NCBI GenBank assembly: GCA_012295275.1
Contig: CM022672.1
Span: forward strand, 7,130,001 to 7,194,000
Reading direction: 5' to 3'
DNA length: 64,000 nucleotides
DNA from: Chrysomallon squamiferum
Taxonomy: Eukaryota > Animalia > Mollusca
Shown: in pieces, positions 20,932 to 35,100 of the stretch
Numbering within the stretch: position 1 is the first letter of the stretch
Layout of the letters: the number at the start of each line of letters is the position of its first letter
Position numbers and translations under genes: made by a program
The notes under the pieces: model-generated
The model's input: the letters and a program-made list of their open reading frames with translations, nothing else
Told to the model about the DNA's origin: nothing
The model's database searches: none

Positions 20932-21046
20932 GTTTAGAAAACGTTTAGTAACTACTTTCGGAAGAATTATAAGTAGTGTGTTTATAAAAGAAGGAAATTA
21001 CAGCAAACGAAAAGTACCTTGTAACCTCGACCTCGTCAGTCACAAA
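20563..21046. promoter_or_regulatory. Bidirectional promoter GOLGA7/SUCLG1
   Basis: Divergent start codons are 484 bp apart. CCAAT box CTGATTGGTT at 20601-20610. YY1-like CAAAATGGCG overlaps the SUCLG1 ATG (21043-21052). CpG is locally retained over about 20050-21220, and there is an ETS-like ACTTCCG near 20130. Confidence 0.7.
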
Positions 21047-21083
21047 ATGGCGACCGTTTGCAAGGTTTTTGGAAGGTTGTCAG
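21047..21083 (+). CDS. SUCLG1: SUCLG1 exon 1
   Basis: [13 protein letters not shown]|gtagt. Confidence 0.85.
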
Positions 21084-22784
21084 GTAGTTTTCAGTTTATT
21101 CGCCCACCTGAAGGTCACAATCGTCACTTTTATTTGCAATTAAAAGAACTCTGTAAAAGAATACTTTATAATCGATTAAAATTACGTATTAAATTTATTT
21201 GTATTTTGTTATCGTAATCAAGTGATAAAATTATAAAAACCTGTAAAGTGTAAGTTGTAACTATGTCATTACTGTAGCTATGTGTCAACACCTATTCCTT
21301 AATTATTTTTTTTTAAATTTAACAGTGACATTTATGCTTTTGTTTTTAATATTTATGGTAATATATATATATATAAATATGTGCTACAGTTCTGAGGCAT
21401 AAATGAGATCCATACACGGCAAGTTCAAACATTTTTATTATTTAAAATTTTAGGTGTTGCTAAGGACTTTCAAGTTTCAAATTTCATGAAACATAAATAA
21501 AATAAATATATATATATATGATTTTTATTCAGATGCAGAGAATATATATCGTCTAACAATTGAATGGTATCAATAGCTGCTAAGAGAAAAGATATACACA
21601 TTTTATTTTTACTGATAATTTTTGCCATTTATAATTTTATTATCATTGAAACCGCATTGTGGAAATCGTGACTAACTCGCAAAATATTTAAATTTTTAAA
21701 AAATACTAATTTAATTATTCTTAATAATCATGATATTAAGCAGTAATGACAAAGCAATAGTATTCAAAATTTTTCAAATGAAAAGGCCAGCAAATAGTTT
21801 CTAGGTAAGTGGACAAACATTTCAAACCAGAAATCTGGAAAGATTGTGGATACCCCTTTAAAATCACACCAACAAGTGAATATGTTGAATATTAAGGAAA
21901 TAACAGTAATTTCAAATCCTGCAATAGGAGCTTATTTTTGTCCAGTTAAACACAGTTTAAGAGAATAGAGATTTGTAAACAAAGACTGCTACATTTAAAC
22001 TTTTTTTCTGGGCAAAACCAAACAGTGAAAACAAAAATAATAATAAAAATTTGGTTGAATAACCTGTAATGATTAAATCAACACAGAATGCAAACAGGTG
22101 GTCATTTGTATTTTAAAATCCCAAGACATCTGAGGCTTCAGACAAATATGGAATAAAAATAACAATATAACATTAGGGACATCTTTTTCTATCATTCTTA
22201 TGTAAGTCATTTAAGAAGAATAAGTCAACATAATCCATCCTCAAACATATGTCATTAAACAGGAAGTTTGGTCTCCATAACACTTGTTTCATGCAGTCAA
22301 GATAACAGTTGCCTTCCTTACCACTGTTTGATAGAATTTCAAAGTCAATATCTTGAAAAGCAATTTAATATGTCCAGCTATTTTTCATTCATGTCACATT
22401 TTTAACTTAAGTGATTCAAGTGTGTTGAATATTTTTATCTGGAATCCCCGAGAAATAACATAACAAGTGAATGAAATGCAAGCAAAGAGTGGGTGAAGTG
22501 GAATATCCAGTTAGTGCAAAATGACTGCTGTTCTTGGTGGTTATCTGCACATACCTAACAGTACTAATGCCAGTTTAGCACACCCCATATTTTCATAATT
22601 TAAGAACTTTCTTATCAGCTGGTGCACAGTGATTATTTTTATCAAAGGATATTGTGGTCAGTATTTTCCTATTTATGTGAAGGCTTATATAAATAATTAC
22701 TATCTATCTATATATAAACACTGTTTAATCTTTACTTTTTTTGCAAGTCACAGTATTTATTTATGTTATTATTATTTTTTCTTT

Positions 22785-22820
<36 letters not shown>

Positions 22821-25800
22821 TGCAGTTAAAATATTATAGGAAATATGCAGTAATTGTCTAAACATGAAACTAATTAATTACCAAGATAATTTGTTTTCAG
22901 TGTTTGGAAAGCAGACATGTGGTATTCGTCACTGTTATACAGAAACAAGAAAAAATCTAATGATTGGAAAGAACACTAAAGTAATATGCCAGGGGTTCAC
23001 AGGTAAACAAGTAAGTAAACAAGTATTTTTAGTTTCTTCTTCAGATTGATATCTCCTGCTAGTTACTAATCTTACTCATAATAGAGATCATGCAAAACCA
23101 TTTCCCAGTTCTTTGGTATAAATATTGAATAAAAATATGCCCTTTTTAAGTATTCCTCAAAATTATGTAAATATATTCCAAATCAACCCTTGACCTTTTG
23201 AAGAACGGAAACAAGCATTGTAATCACTGCTAGAGAGACTGTTATTTATTAACAAAATTTTAATTTTTTTTTTTATCATTTATCATTTGCATGCATATGA
23301 AATACACATGACCAATTGAAGAGCTTAATGACTTATGACAGTTGATTAAATGTTTGGTGAAATTGGTTACAAATGGCGAATTTAACATCAGTTAAACATA
23401 ATAAAACTCAGTAATTTCATTTATGAGTTCAAAGATCCTTCAGTCTCAGTATTTTAGGACAAGTGAAAATAAATACAAATTTGATTATGTCATCAAACTA
23501 AAATAAAAGTGAGTAACTAATGATGAATTAAAACTCATATATCAAATATTTAGTTGCAGAGAACAAAGACAAACTGCAAAGAATAGAAATATTTTATCGT
23601 GTAAATGTTTTTCTTAGAAACTAAATTTAGAGTTGGATGGTTTCCACTTTAATAAGGATCTTCTTCACATTGTTTCAGGGTACATTTCACAGCCAGCAGG
23701 CTATAGAATATGGAACAAACATGGTTGGTGGTGTGTCTCCAGCAAAAGCAGGCCAGGTTCATCTTGGTCTTCCAGTGTTTGCAACAGTCAAAGAGGTACA
23801 CACTAACATCATCAGATCTCACAGTTGCATACACTCAAATAAACACATGAGCAATTTCATGTGTGAATGTCAGGGTTATTTTAAAACCATTTTCTACATA
23901 TTTTCTTTATTATAAAAAAGTTATCAAAATGTCCTTATTAATAAATTTTATAAAAGGGGAAGTATAAATATGGGATTTTGAAATTACAATGAGTAAAATT
24001 CAATGAAAAATATTGTATGTGAGTAGCAGATTTTCTCATCATTAATGGCAAGGTTGATTATGATGTTACCATATCACAGCATGTGTATTGAGGCATGATT
24101 AAATACCAAAAACATTCATTTATTTATCTTATTTTGCTTTAGGCAAGAGAAAAGACTGGAGCTGATGCTAGTGTTGTCTTTGTTCCTCCACCATTTGCAG
24201 CAGCTGCTGTTATTGAAGCAATAGACGCTGAAATCCCATTGGTTGTCTGTATCACTGAGGGCATTCCCCAGCAGGACATGGTCAGAGTAAAACACAGACT
24301 AGTACGACAGAACAAGACAAGACTCATTGGACCCAACTGTCCTGGGATTATTAAGGTATTATACATATGTAACAGTTTTTATAAAGCAGCAGAGTTACAT
24401 AATATGTTTTACATCTACAAGCAATATTACAGATTCACTCAGTTACAATAATATCCAAGTAATAATAAAATAGAGCTTTACTACTAACGTTTCTACTTAA
24501 ATCATCCTTGTGATTTATGCTCAACAGAAAGAGCTTAAGTTATATATTTATTGATGATTAAAATTCACATGTGCCACTGTATATATAGTGGTTTAAAATA
24601 GTTATTTAAAATTAAGTTTGATTATACATGTTAGTGATAAATACTGAAATAGGCATTATGTTCCAATCTCATACAGGCACATTCCACTCAGATATTTCTG
24701 TTTTCATTTTTAGCCTGGTGAATGTAAAATAGGAATTATGCCTGGACACATTCACATGAAGGGAAAAATAGGTATGTATGTTTGTGCTGATTTTGAAAAA
24801 AAAAAAATCAATACAATTGCACAGAAAAGTTAAACAATTCATCAATAATAAAATCCTGTAAATGATGAGATTAACTGACATACTTTTCATAATTTTATAG
24901 TAGTGATTTTGTCAATTTTTTATACACCTACTTTTGTTTTCACACGTTTTTTATTTAGAAATTAGATTGAGTATAAAATTACTTGATTTCTATATATATA
25001 TATAGTTAAAATAGTCAAACATAATTATTTACAATATTATTAAGAAATATATTGAATTCTGTTTTTATTTGTACTGAAATAGCAAAGCAATTAATTTCTA
25101 TAGGTAGTTAAAATTGTAAAACAAATTGTTGAATATACTGAATTCTGTTTTCATTTAAATTGACATACAAAAGTTATTAATTCCAACCTGTAATTAAAAA
25201 TACAAAAAATAGGTTCCGAATATTATCAGTTTTATTTACACTGACATTTCTAAATAAATAATAAGTCACTGTATGTTGTAGGAATAGTTTCTAGATCTGG
25301 AACACTGACATATGAAGCAGTTCACCAGACCTCAGTGGTGGGGTTAGGTCAGTCTTTGTGTGTGGGTATAGGAGGAGATCCTTTCAATGGTACAAACTTT
25401 ATTGACTGTTTAGAAGTGTTCTTAGATGACCCCGAAACAGCTGGTAAGTCACTTTTCACAATTGTTTATATATTTTTTTTAAACTTTTAATTAAATCTAG
25501 CTTAAAATTGTTTATATATATATATATATATGTTTTTATTATTATTGTTATTATTATTATTATTATTATAATCAGTGGCTTTTTTCTATATTTTATAATG
25601 ATTATTTTATTTTATTTATTTATTTTCCTTTTTTTCAGGAATTGTCTTAATAGGAGAAATAGGAGGTCAAGCAGAAGAAAAAGCTGCAGAATTCTTAAGT
25701 CAGAATAATAAGGTGAGATAAACATTAGTTAGTTTTATATATATATTTATTTTACATGTATATTCATTTGGATATATTACCATATGTAGCAAATGTACAT

Positions 25801-28234
25801 GGAATGTAGTGTAAAACTAATTTCAGTTAATCTGTAAGTTTTCACCATGTACAAAAACAGTCATTTTACAGGAACATGAACAATGACAGATACATAATAT
25901 GAGCTAAATATTAAGCTGGCAGGAGAAACCATATCGAAATGGGCATCCTATGAGTTCCTTTAATTGTAAGTTTTTGTAAACATTTGTATGTTATTTATTG
26001 ATATATCTCCACAGATTTATTATTATTATTATTTTTAATCAGTTTTAATATTTTGCTATAATCTTATAAATATTATATTTTTCAAACATCAGTTATTTTA
26101 CAAATCCATTGTAGTATTTATTTATGAATAACGAGTTTTCTGTTCCAGGGTTCAAATGCAAAACCTGTAGTGTCTTTCATTGCTGGTTTAACAGCACCAC
26201 CTGGTAGACGGATGGGTCATGCAGGTGCTATTATTGCAGGAGGGAAAGGAGGAGCAGAGGAGAAGATAGAAGCTCTAAGATCTGCTGGTGTTAGTGTCAC
26301 TATGTCTCCTGCTCAGTTAGGCTCCTCTATGATTAAAGTAAGTTATTGTTAGAAATTATTTCTAAGCTAAAAGAGTTCACTGCAGTTATAGTCATGTTTA
26401 TTTCACCTCACTGATAGCTTAGTCAGCAGCTATTTGCTATTGCTATATGTCATTATATTTTGGATTATTCTGATTTCAGTTTTACTGCAGTTATAGTCAT
26501 GTTTATTTCACTTCACTGATAGCTTAGTCAGCAGCTATTTGCTATTGCTATATGTCATTATATTTTGGATTATTCTGATTTCAGTTTTACTGCAGTTATA
26601 GTCATGTTTATTTCACTTCACTGATAGCTTAGTCAGCAGCTATTTGCTATTGCTATATGTCATTATATTTTGGATTAGTCTAATTTCAGTTTTACTGCAG
26701 TTATAGTCATGTTTATTTCACCTCACTGGTAGCTTAGTCAGCAGTTATTTGCTATTGTTATATGTCATTATATTTTGGATTAATCTAATTTCAGTTTTAG
26801 AGAGGTTTTTTTTAGGAAAAGTAGATTAGAGAATCAATTCACCTTTGTGTACTGTTTGGTTTAACTTCTGTTGTACGTCATGTTATCTTGTAATGATAGC
26901 AGTTAGGAAATCATTAATATTTGGTGTCTGTTTTATAGATTCTGTATTAATTCCTTTTTGAAGGAATACACAGGCAGTTTTATGTGACATATTTGTGAAA
27001 CACTGACTAGGATGGGAAATAGATCCCTGAACTCACTAAAAATGATTATATTATATATCTTTGTTGAAAATCATGAAAATTACAACATAATTACCCACAT
27101 TGGTTTCAGTATATTAATTTTAAATCAAAATTTTTAAAATAATTATTTTAATTGTTCAGACGTATATAGAGTGGATAATGATATTTTTGTAAAACCATAG
27201 CATTTGGAAAAGGAACGTGTTTATATAAGTAAGTTGAATGTTTGTTTCAAATTTTACTTTTGTTTACATTTTTAAGATTATGCCAATTTTTTTTATGGCA
27301 ATTCATTATTGTTATATAATTCTGTTAAACACTAACTTGCATTTTCAATCTTTTAATTATCAGAAACTTAAAAGATTTGTTATTTCAGAACTTTACATAA
27401 TGTTTATATACAACCATTTCTTAACAAGTTCATTATTTTTGGATACTCAGTTTTAATGTTAACATTAATGTTATATTAATGGTTTATCTTTTTTTTTTTG
27501 TTCTTTTTTTTTTTTTTGCTTGTAATATAAGTCAGTTTTGCATCTGTGAAATGTTCTGTAAATTATTGCATGCATTAAACTTCAATAAAAATCTCATTAT
27601 TTTTATTTTTAAAATACTTTTGTTATATATATTATAAATTATAATACTGTTATTATTTGTTTCAGTAATTTTGTTATATATATTATAAATTATAATGTTA
27701 TTATTATTTGTATCAATAATTTACAAATAAAAAGTAAATGATTGTTTTAATTCTGAAACATATATATATATATATTTTTTTTTTTTAGCATTTTAGCACT
27801 GTCATTTTGATGCATTGTTCCTGTATTGAAACAGTCTATTTGCATAGCATTTACAATCACCTGTATAATTTATAAATATATTTAGTTTAATTTAAGTTAT
27901 GGTTTTTATTGAGTTTTTTTTTTTTACAAACCTGTAGGCTGTTTACTGATAATTTCTGATATGGGGTCGTTTATATATATATAGTTAAATATTAACAGTA
28001 GATTAGTAACAATAAACTTTCATCCCTCTCTCTCTTATTATAATCAGTGCCATACATACACACAAAATACAGTTAATCATTGTTTGAATCATATTCATTT
28101 AATCTGCTTTTAGTTTGAATTCTTAAAATGTTCCAAGTGTGAATAGTAATACATGGACTGTTATTTTTATTATGTAATTTACATTTTCTTTGGTTTATTT
28201 GTTTCAGTTAATGGAGAAAACTGGTCACATGTAA
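21047..28234 (+). CDS. SUCLG1: Succinate--CoA ligase subunit alpha, mitochondrial, 328 aa, 9 exons
   Basis: Exons 21047-21083, 22901-23010, 23679-23795, 24143-24355, 24714-24771, 25282-25443, 25639-25712, 26149-26337 and 28208-28234 (987 nt, phases consistent). Motifs: [55 protein letters not shown], and the catalytic phospho-His loop GRRMGHAGA. The N-terminus is basic and presequence-like. Confidence 0.97.
22901..23010 (+). CDS. SUCLG1: SUCLG1 exon 2
   Basis: ttttcag|...[13 protein letters not shown]|gtaagt. Confidence 0.95.
23679..23795 (+). CDS. SUCLG1: SUCLG1 exon 3
   Basis: tttcag|[21 protein letters not shown]...ATVKE|gtaca. Confidence 0.95.
24143..24355 (+). CDS. SUCLG1: SUCLG1 exon 4
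   Basis: ctttag|[18 protein letters not shown]...[11 protein letters not shown]|gtatt. Confidence 0.95.
24714..24771 (+). CDS. SUCLG1: SUCLG1 exon 5
   Basis: ttttag|[20 protein letters not shown]|gtatgt. Confidence 0.95.
25282..25443 (+). CDS. SUCLG1: SUCLG1 exon 6
   Basis: ttgtag|[16 protein letters not shown]...DDPETA-G|gtaagt. Confidence 0.95.
25639..25712 (+). CDS. SUCLG1: SUCLG1 exon 7
   Basis: tttcag|[24 protein letters not shown]|gtgag. Confidence 0.95.
26149..26337 (+). CDS. SUCLG1: SUCLG1 exon 8
   Basis: ttccag|[29 protein letters not shown]...SSMIK|gtaagt. Confidence 0.95.
26379..26798. repeat. Tandem repeat, 4 x 105 bp, SUCLG1 intron 8
   Basis: Near-identical units ACTGCAGTTATAGTCATG...TTTCAGTTTT start at 26379, 26484, 26589 and 26694. 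Confidence 0.97.
27924..28034. mobile_element. Second copy (one arm) of the foldback/MITE-like element
   Basis: Its reverse complement aligns by eye to 10230-10335 (GAAAGTTTATTGTTAC...CTAATCTACTGTTAATATTT...ATCAGAAA.TATCAG.AAACAG.CTACAGGTT). Confidence 0.65.
28208..28234 (+). CDS. SUCLG1: SUCLG1 terminal coding exon
   Basis: tttgtttcag|[11 protein letters not shown]; length fits the family C-terminus. Confidence 0.8.
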   Translation, partial: LMEKTGHM

Positions 28235-29449
28235 GAGTATGATGTGTATGAAAGCAAGTCAGTTACTGAAGACAACGGCTGATCACAAAAAGCATCAAAA
28301 GGGTTTTATGTCATGGAAATGTAACATCTCTTAGATATTCTGTAAAAATGTTGTTTTGACAAGTATGTATTGTATTAGAAACTGGATTCAGAGTGATGTA
28401 GGTCATACTTGTCCTGCTGGTGGGGGGGGGACCTAAATTAAGTCTTGATTTAAAAATAAAAAAGTGGGACAGAAAGTGTGAGAAAGATATGTGCATGGTT
28501 TTCTACTTCATCTGATTTATTAGATTTACTGAATTTTAAAATAACAAAAATTGTGTACATACTATATACAATTAAACTCATTTATAATAATGTTTAATGA
28601 TTTTTGTAAATTAGTCCTGTATCTAGATCACCTGGATTTTGATTATCATGAAGCAAACATTTCTGTTAATGAATGAATGTATTTAAATGTATTCTTCTCA
28701 AGTATGCAAGTTGTGAGTTTGTAAGCTTTAAAAAAGGTAATAAACATAATACACCTCTTATTAAGTTATTTCTGCATTTCATTGATTATTAAACATAACC
28801 ATGCAGTATTTATATGCATCGCATTAACTAATAAAATGTGCAATGACACTAAAACTTTAATAACTTTATCAAAAGATATCAAGTATATTAAAAAGAGAAA
28901 ACAATTTATCAGTGATTAAGAATATATATATATGTTTTACAGTTGTGATACGGGTGACTCACAGAGTTACAGCTTGTGTTCTTTTATAAACATGTATACT
29001 AGCATAAAATAAAAATAAATCTTCTCATCTTTAACAGCCAGTGGTCAGAATCTGAATGTGTGAATTTGTACAAAAATGAAACAATAAATAAAATACACGT
29101 ATACAAGTATTTTGAGTTCTTATTTGTTGTCTATTTTATTAGCAATTACATATTAAAATGTTCAGGTTTTAACTACATGTTATTCAGTATGACTGAGCTG
29201 AAAGATACTTCATCATGCCAACTTCGAGTAACAGAATGAACACTTCTCACTCTGATCTTTCTGATTATCAACAAGGCATATGAAGTGTGCATCTCATAAA
29301 CAGAATAGCACATGTTATGGACTAGTGACTAGAATGAGAAATAGCTCAATGTGTCTGCCAACAAAGACTGGTCCAGTTACCTACCTGATCTTAGTCTACC
29401 AAGTAGTATGTTCTTGATGCAGTGAAGAAGAAAAAAGAAAAAGAATTTT

Positions 29450-30210
29450 GGATTTATTGTTTTATTTGCTGAATATCACAATACAGACAATAATAAACAG
29501 AAAATATCACAGTACACTTTCGGCATAACTTGCAGAGAATTTCTCAATGCAAGGGGACAAAATATAAAAAATACAAGATATTAAATAAAACTGAAAGGTG
29601 GTTTAAAAAGGGTATAAAAGTAAGAATTATATAATGTGTACAAAACAGAACATTCTATACAAGAATATCTTTACACATATACCTGTACTAAACAGGAATA
29701 TACATAACAATTGAAATTTATGTTAAATAAAACCTTTCAAGAAATCATATTAAATTAATTTTAAAATTTTACAAAAATGTCTTCATTATTGGTTAAATTC
29801 AGTTTTATAATTAATTTGAACATATTTTTTTTCTTACAACATGCAATTGTAAAGCACTTGTTTTGGACAAATTTCAAATAACTTTTTTCATATGTATACA
29901 AAGACAATACAGTCTGTACTTCCATATCACAAATATTTTTACAGTATCTGATAAATAAAAATGTTACTGTTTTTACTATACTCTACATATGAGTTTGTTA
30001 AATCAGTTATGTAGTAGCAGAAAACAGATTTCCTTTGTATCATACAAGAATATACAGCTGATATCTCTAATATGAAAGACTGAAAGGTAAAAGTTTGGTT
30101 CCTTTTAACAGTATTTGTATCAACATAAAGATATTTCCATACAATTTCTGCTGCAAACACCGAAATAAAACATTGTTACTCAGTTGCATGTTGCAGACAT
30201 TGGTTGGTTT
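29450..30210 (-). mobile_element. Possible decayed L1/Tx1-type LINE 3' end
   Basis: Minus strand has C..C-like remnants followed by IVWKYL, then a T-rich UTR-like segment ending in two AATAAA (~29466-29453). Heavily disrupted. Confidence 0.3.
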
Positions 30211-31485
30211 CATTTAATTCTAAACTGAATTTTGTGAAGAAAAAAACCCCAATTTAAACTCAGTTTAATTTTCTAAATAAATCTTTAAAACATGAGTAAC
30301 AAATTCTTTATTTCTTTCAAAAAAAATAAAAAAATGAATATGATGGAGATTTACTTTAATAATTTTAAAATGTGAAGAAAAATCCAAAATAAAGACTTCC
30401 CCAACACAAAAACAATAAATGAAATATGAAATTGGTATATTTTCAGGTAAATATCAATAAATATTTTGTACAGTTCTATACTATAAAAGCTTAATGAGAA
30501 TCTTCAGAAAAAAAAAAAAAAAAAAAACAAACAAAAACTGACGAGAAATGCTGCACTTGAAAACAAATTTGTTTCTTATATTTATTTTTTAGAGTAATTC
30601 AAAGTTTCAAGTAAAACATTTATTATGAAGACATGACTACATTTAAGTTATGTAATTACAAAACTGATTATTATGTAGACATATCTATGCATTTCAGTTA
30701 ATATAATTTCAAAACTGATTATGTTACAGACATGGTGTTACAATTGAAATATATTATGATCAGCAAAATGCAATAATTTTCAGATTCTGTTTATTAAAAC
30801 CAGATCAAATTATGATAAAGATTCACTAAGCATGCATGCACGTGTTTGTCTGAATATGTAAATATATTAGGGTCTCTGGATACTGTATGTGTGTATACAT
30901 GTTGCCTCCATTTGTATGTAAGTATTGTAAATCAGTCAAGTAAAAGAACAGTCCACATCTAAAACAGTCTTTGACAATAATTAGTGATTCATTCCTAGAT
31001 GAAGATCAATGACATCTAACACAAATATGTAAACACAACCTGCTAAAGGTGTTGTCTTCACAAAACCACTTTTTGTACATATTTAGTAAGTTAAATCCCA
31101 GAAATGAGATTTCAGAAAAGACAACAACTGGTTGAAACACCTGCATGGCACATTTATGATTGTCAAAAGTTTATTTTCTTTCCTATTTAATTAAAAAATA
31201 ATGTAAACTGAAATTATAACCAACTAGTGAAATTTAGCTTGCACAGCTTATAGTTCCATGATATAATAATAAAAAATGTTGTTTTGTTTTGTTGTTTTTT
31301 GGTGTCAATTTTATTAATATTTACATTTTCCCAGATTATTTAATAAAACCTAACTAAATGAATCAGAATAGGAAAAAAAGTGCATTGAATTTTTTTTTCA
31401 GTAAACTAGTAAAATAAATACAACGTTTCCATTCTTTTTGTATTAATAAAAAGTTTCATAATTTATTTATTATCTTCAGCATTAA

Positions 31486-31543
<58 letters not shown>

Positions 31544-31929
31544 TTTCATTATTATCCATTGTAATTTATTCTATTTAAATTTGGAACCATTAAAATTTAT
31601 TAATATATTGTATGAATAATAAAATAAATCAAATATAAACAGTGTCTATTAAAAGAAAAATTAAAAAAAAATTCAACCAATGAAATGACACAAAACAAAC
31701 TCACAGGTTTATATTTAGACCAGTGGATGTCACCAAAATAACTACCTAGCCAATCAAAACTACAGATTATATCATAAACAACTACTTTGATTCTTGCTTC
31801 TGTTGCCGTTTTACTTGATTGTTATATATTAAAGCAATAACACAAAAATAAATATATGTTATAAATTGCCACATGACAGTCATTTATGAGATTTCTAGCT
31901 TTGATATGTGTCGTCTGAGATCTGTCATT

Positions 31930-32123
31930 TCATTCTACTTCATTCCGCCCACTAAAACAGGAAGGAAAGCGCCAAGAACGTGATCCTCCAACAACACGCA
32001 ATGCCATCCACTCCTCAACATTGTGAACATTACACACGTCTTTCTCATCACCGTCAACACCAGACATGTGATCACACTGAATCTTACTGATAGACGTCAG
32101 ATCTGTGCTGTTACACTCACAAC
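31930..32123 (-). CDS. CCDC142: CCDC142 terminal coding exon
   Basis: ttacag|SCECNSTDL...NVEEWMALRVVGGSRSWRFPSCFSGRNEVE-TGA. Confidence 0.88.
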
Positions 32124-32125
32124 CT

Positions 32126-32195
<70 letters not shown>

Positions 32196-35100
32196 TGACA
32201 ATAACAATAATAATAACAGTAATAACAATAATAATAATAATAACAGTAACAACAATAATATTAATAATATATTAATAATAATATTAATAACAACATTGAT
32301 AACAGTAATAACAGTAATAGTATTAACAATGAGGATGATGGTAACTGAAGTTGCATCTTACTCATGTCTTCGTCAGAGCAGTCCCTGACTCGGCTGGTTG
32401 GTCGTTTGTTTGGTTGTTTTTTGAGAATAATAACAATTCCTCGCAGGTACTTGAACACTCCGAGATCAAGTACGCTCTGCCTGATCTCGGTGTTCTTGAT
32501 GTGCTGATACAACCAGGTCTTCACAAAACTGAAATCTACACCAAGCTGCTGGGCACCGTAATAGCTAAAAGTAACAATAAATAAATAATAAATATGGCAG
32601 CCTTGTTTTATAACGTGTCTGTGTGTGTGTGTAAAAAGTACACACATAGACAAACACATTTTTTTTTAATGATTATACATTTCATTTTAATTAGAAAAAC
32701 TACTACTCAATTTTTAGTTATATTTTATAATTGTGTAAACTACACATTTGTTTTTTTTTTTTTTTTTTTTTAAATCTTAAATATCTAATTCAAGGTAACA
32801 GTCTTCTGATGGATTGTTAAAATTACTGGGTTAACAGATTGTTTTAAAGTAATACTGTACTTCAGAAATTTTATAAACCAAAACTGAAGAGGTCATTTTT
32901 AACTATGTATGCGTGTTTACCTGAATTTGATTTTTTCTTTCAGAATCACATCTGTCCATGCTTGGCATAGTGCCACTGTTGCCATGGAAATGACCCCAAG
33001 TTGCGAAGGAAAATTTAGCTTGCTGACTCCATCTACAACAGGATCCAAGATGGATTCCAAAACGTCTTCTACATATGGGTTTGGTTTTGCAGAAAATTCT
33101 GGAAACACATTTAAGTCAATCTTTTAGTACACTTTCTACTGTTCAGTATACAAATATAAAATAAATAAAAAGAAAGAAATTTTTATTTTGATGTTCCTTC
33201 AAATGTAGTTTTAATTTATAGAACTGGATGTCCACTCACAGGGTTGGAAAACAACTAACAAGTTTTACTGATCTTTGCCACCAATGTACTTTTATATATT
33301 TTTTATTCCTGATTTTTCATTAATATCAGGTATATGAGGCAACTTTGTTTTATTGAAAAGCTTGAAAATTTAATTTTGTTTTGTAAGTGAGAATTCTGAG
33401 CATCACAAACAGTTTTTACCTAGTGGAGTTTTTCTTTTCCAGGTTTTCCCAAGAGGCATGTTGTTATGTAGGAAATTGAAAGCAACCTGACTACACTTCT
33501 CTTGAAACAGCTTCATTGATGCTCCAGATCTTCCCTGTACAAAATAATTACATTAATAAATAATAAATAACAAATAACAGTAGTAGTAGTAGTAGTAGTA
33601 GTAATAATCATTATCTCTTTAAATAATAAATAAAAAATTAAGAAATAATAAAATCTGAATTCTGTTCAAAGACAACATTCAAAAGATTTTGCTTACAGAA
33701 AAATAATAATAAAAACAAATTATAAATAAATAAATAAACAAACAAACAAACAAACAAACAAACAAACAAACAAACAAACAACCTGTAGTTCAAAGTTAAT
33801 GTTTCCAATATGTTGATACATCTGTGTTATTTGTGACAGGTACATCTGGTCTGATGTTCCGCTTCGAGCAGGCAATGACTTTGAAGTGAGCAACTGCAGC
33901 TGAAACGTTGCTCTCTTTGTCTCATCAACCAGCATCTTCAGATCTGTGTGTGTGATAAGGAGAAAGGAGCCCACTGACCAGGAGCTAAGAAACTCCTGAG
34001 TTTTCTTCATGCACCATGAGTGAGCAGCTCGACTTGACACCAACAGTCGAAGACACACGTCTGCCGCAAGTCTGAGATCTACTTCCTGTCTGGTCAGAAG
34101 ATCACGGTCTGGAACAGAACAAGAAAACCTGTTACTGGATGAATAAATTAACACTTTTTAATATTAATGGTTAGCAGATGTCAGTCATTTTTAGCATTTA
34201 ATGACAGAATTGAAGAGTCGTTAATCAGTGAGATATTATTATGACTATTATCACTAACAACAAGGTTTCTTTTACATGTATCTTGTGACAGCACATTTCA
34301 CAGCTATTAGCAAACTATTCAGTGGAAAATAAATATACAAATATTCATATATGACTGTCAGTCCACTAAGTAATTAATTCAGTTTAAAACATCACATAAT
34401 ATTCAGAAAAAAACACAAAATAATGCTCTAAGTTTCAAGATTTATTATTATGATTATGATAATATTTCACTGGTATGTTAACATTATTAACTGTTGAAGT
34501 ATATACAGTGTATTTCAGTTGTTATTCAAATTAAATTTGAAGAATATTAAATTATTTCAGTTTTATTCAAATCATAACAATATTAAATTTAAGCTTTTAT
34601 TAAGCACTTACTTGTGTATTTACAGAAAACATTAATCAGGTTGACTTGGTGGCCATAATATAGAACAAGATGGACAGTCAGTTTACTGACTGGATTATTT
34701 AATTATTACTGAGAGACAGATCAACTAACCTCTGGTTTTAATATCTCAATGCAGTCTGTTTGAATATTAATCAATTAACTGTTTTAATTAAAGACCCCAA
34801 AATCAAAATACAAACACAAAACAACAATAAAAACAAAAGACACTTAATCAAACAATAACAAAATAAACAGTGCAAAAAGTGTTGGGTCGAATAGAGCATA
34901 ACAGACAGTTCAGTAGATGGTCAGATCAGAAATAGTTTAATCAACAACTAAACTGATGGATGACAAAATAAGCATGTTAATGGCAGTATTGTGCCTCTGA
35001 GACTTGATCAATAAAAATTTATCTATTAAGTGTTCTTCAACTGACACACGCCAACTGGTTCATCTGGGCAATAAGTGAGTTTTTATCATCCCTAACAAAC

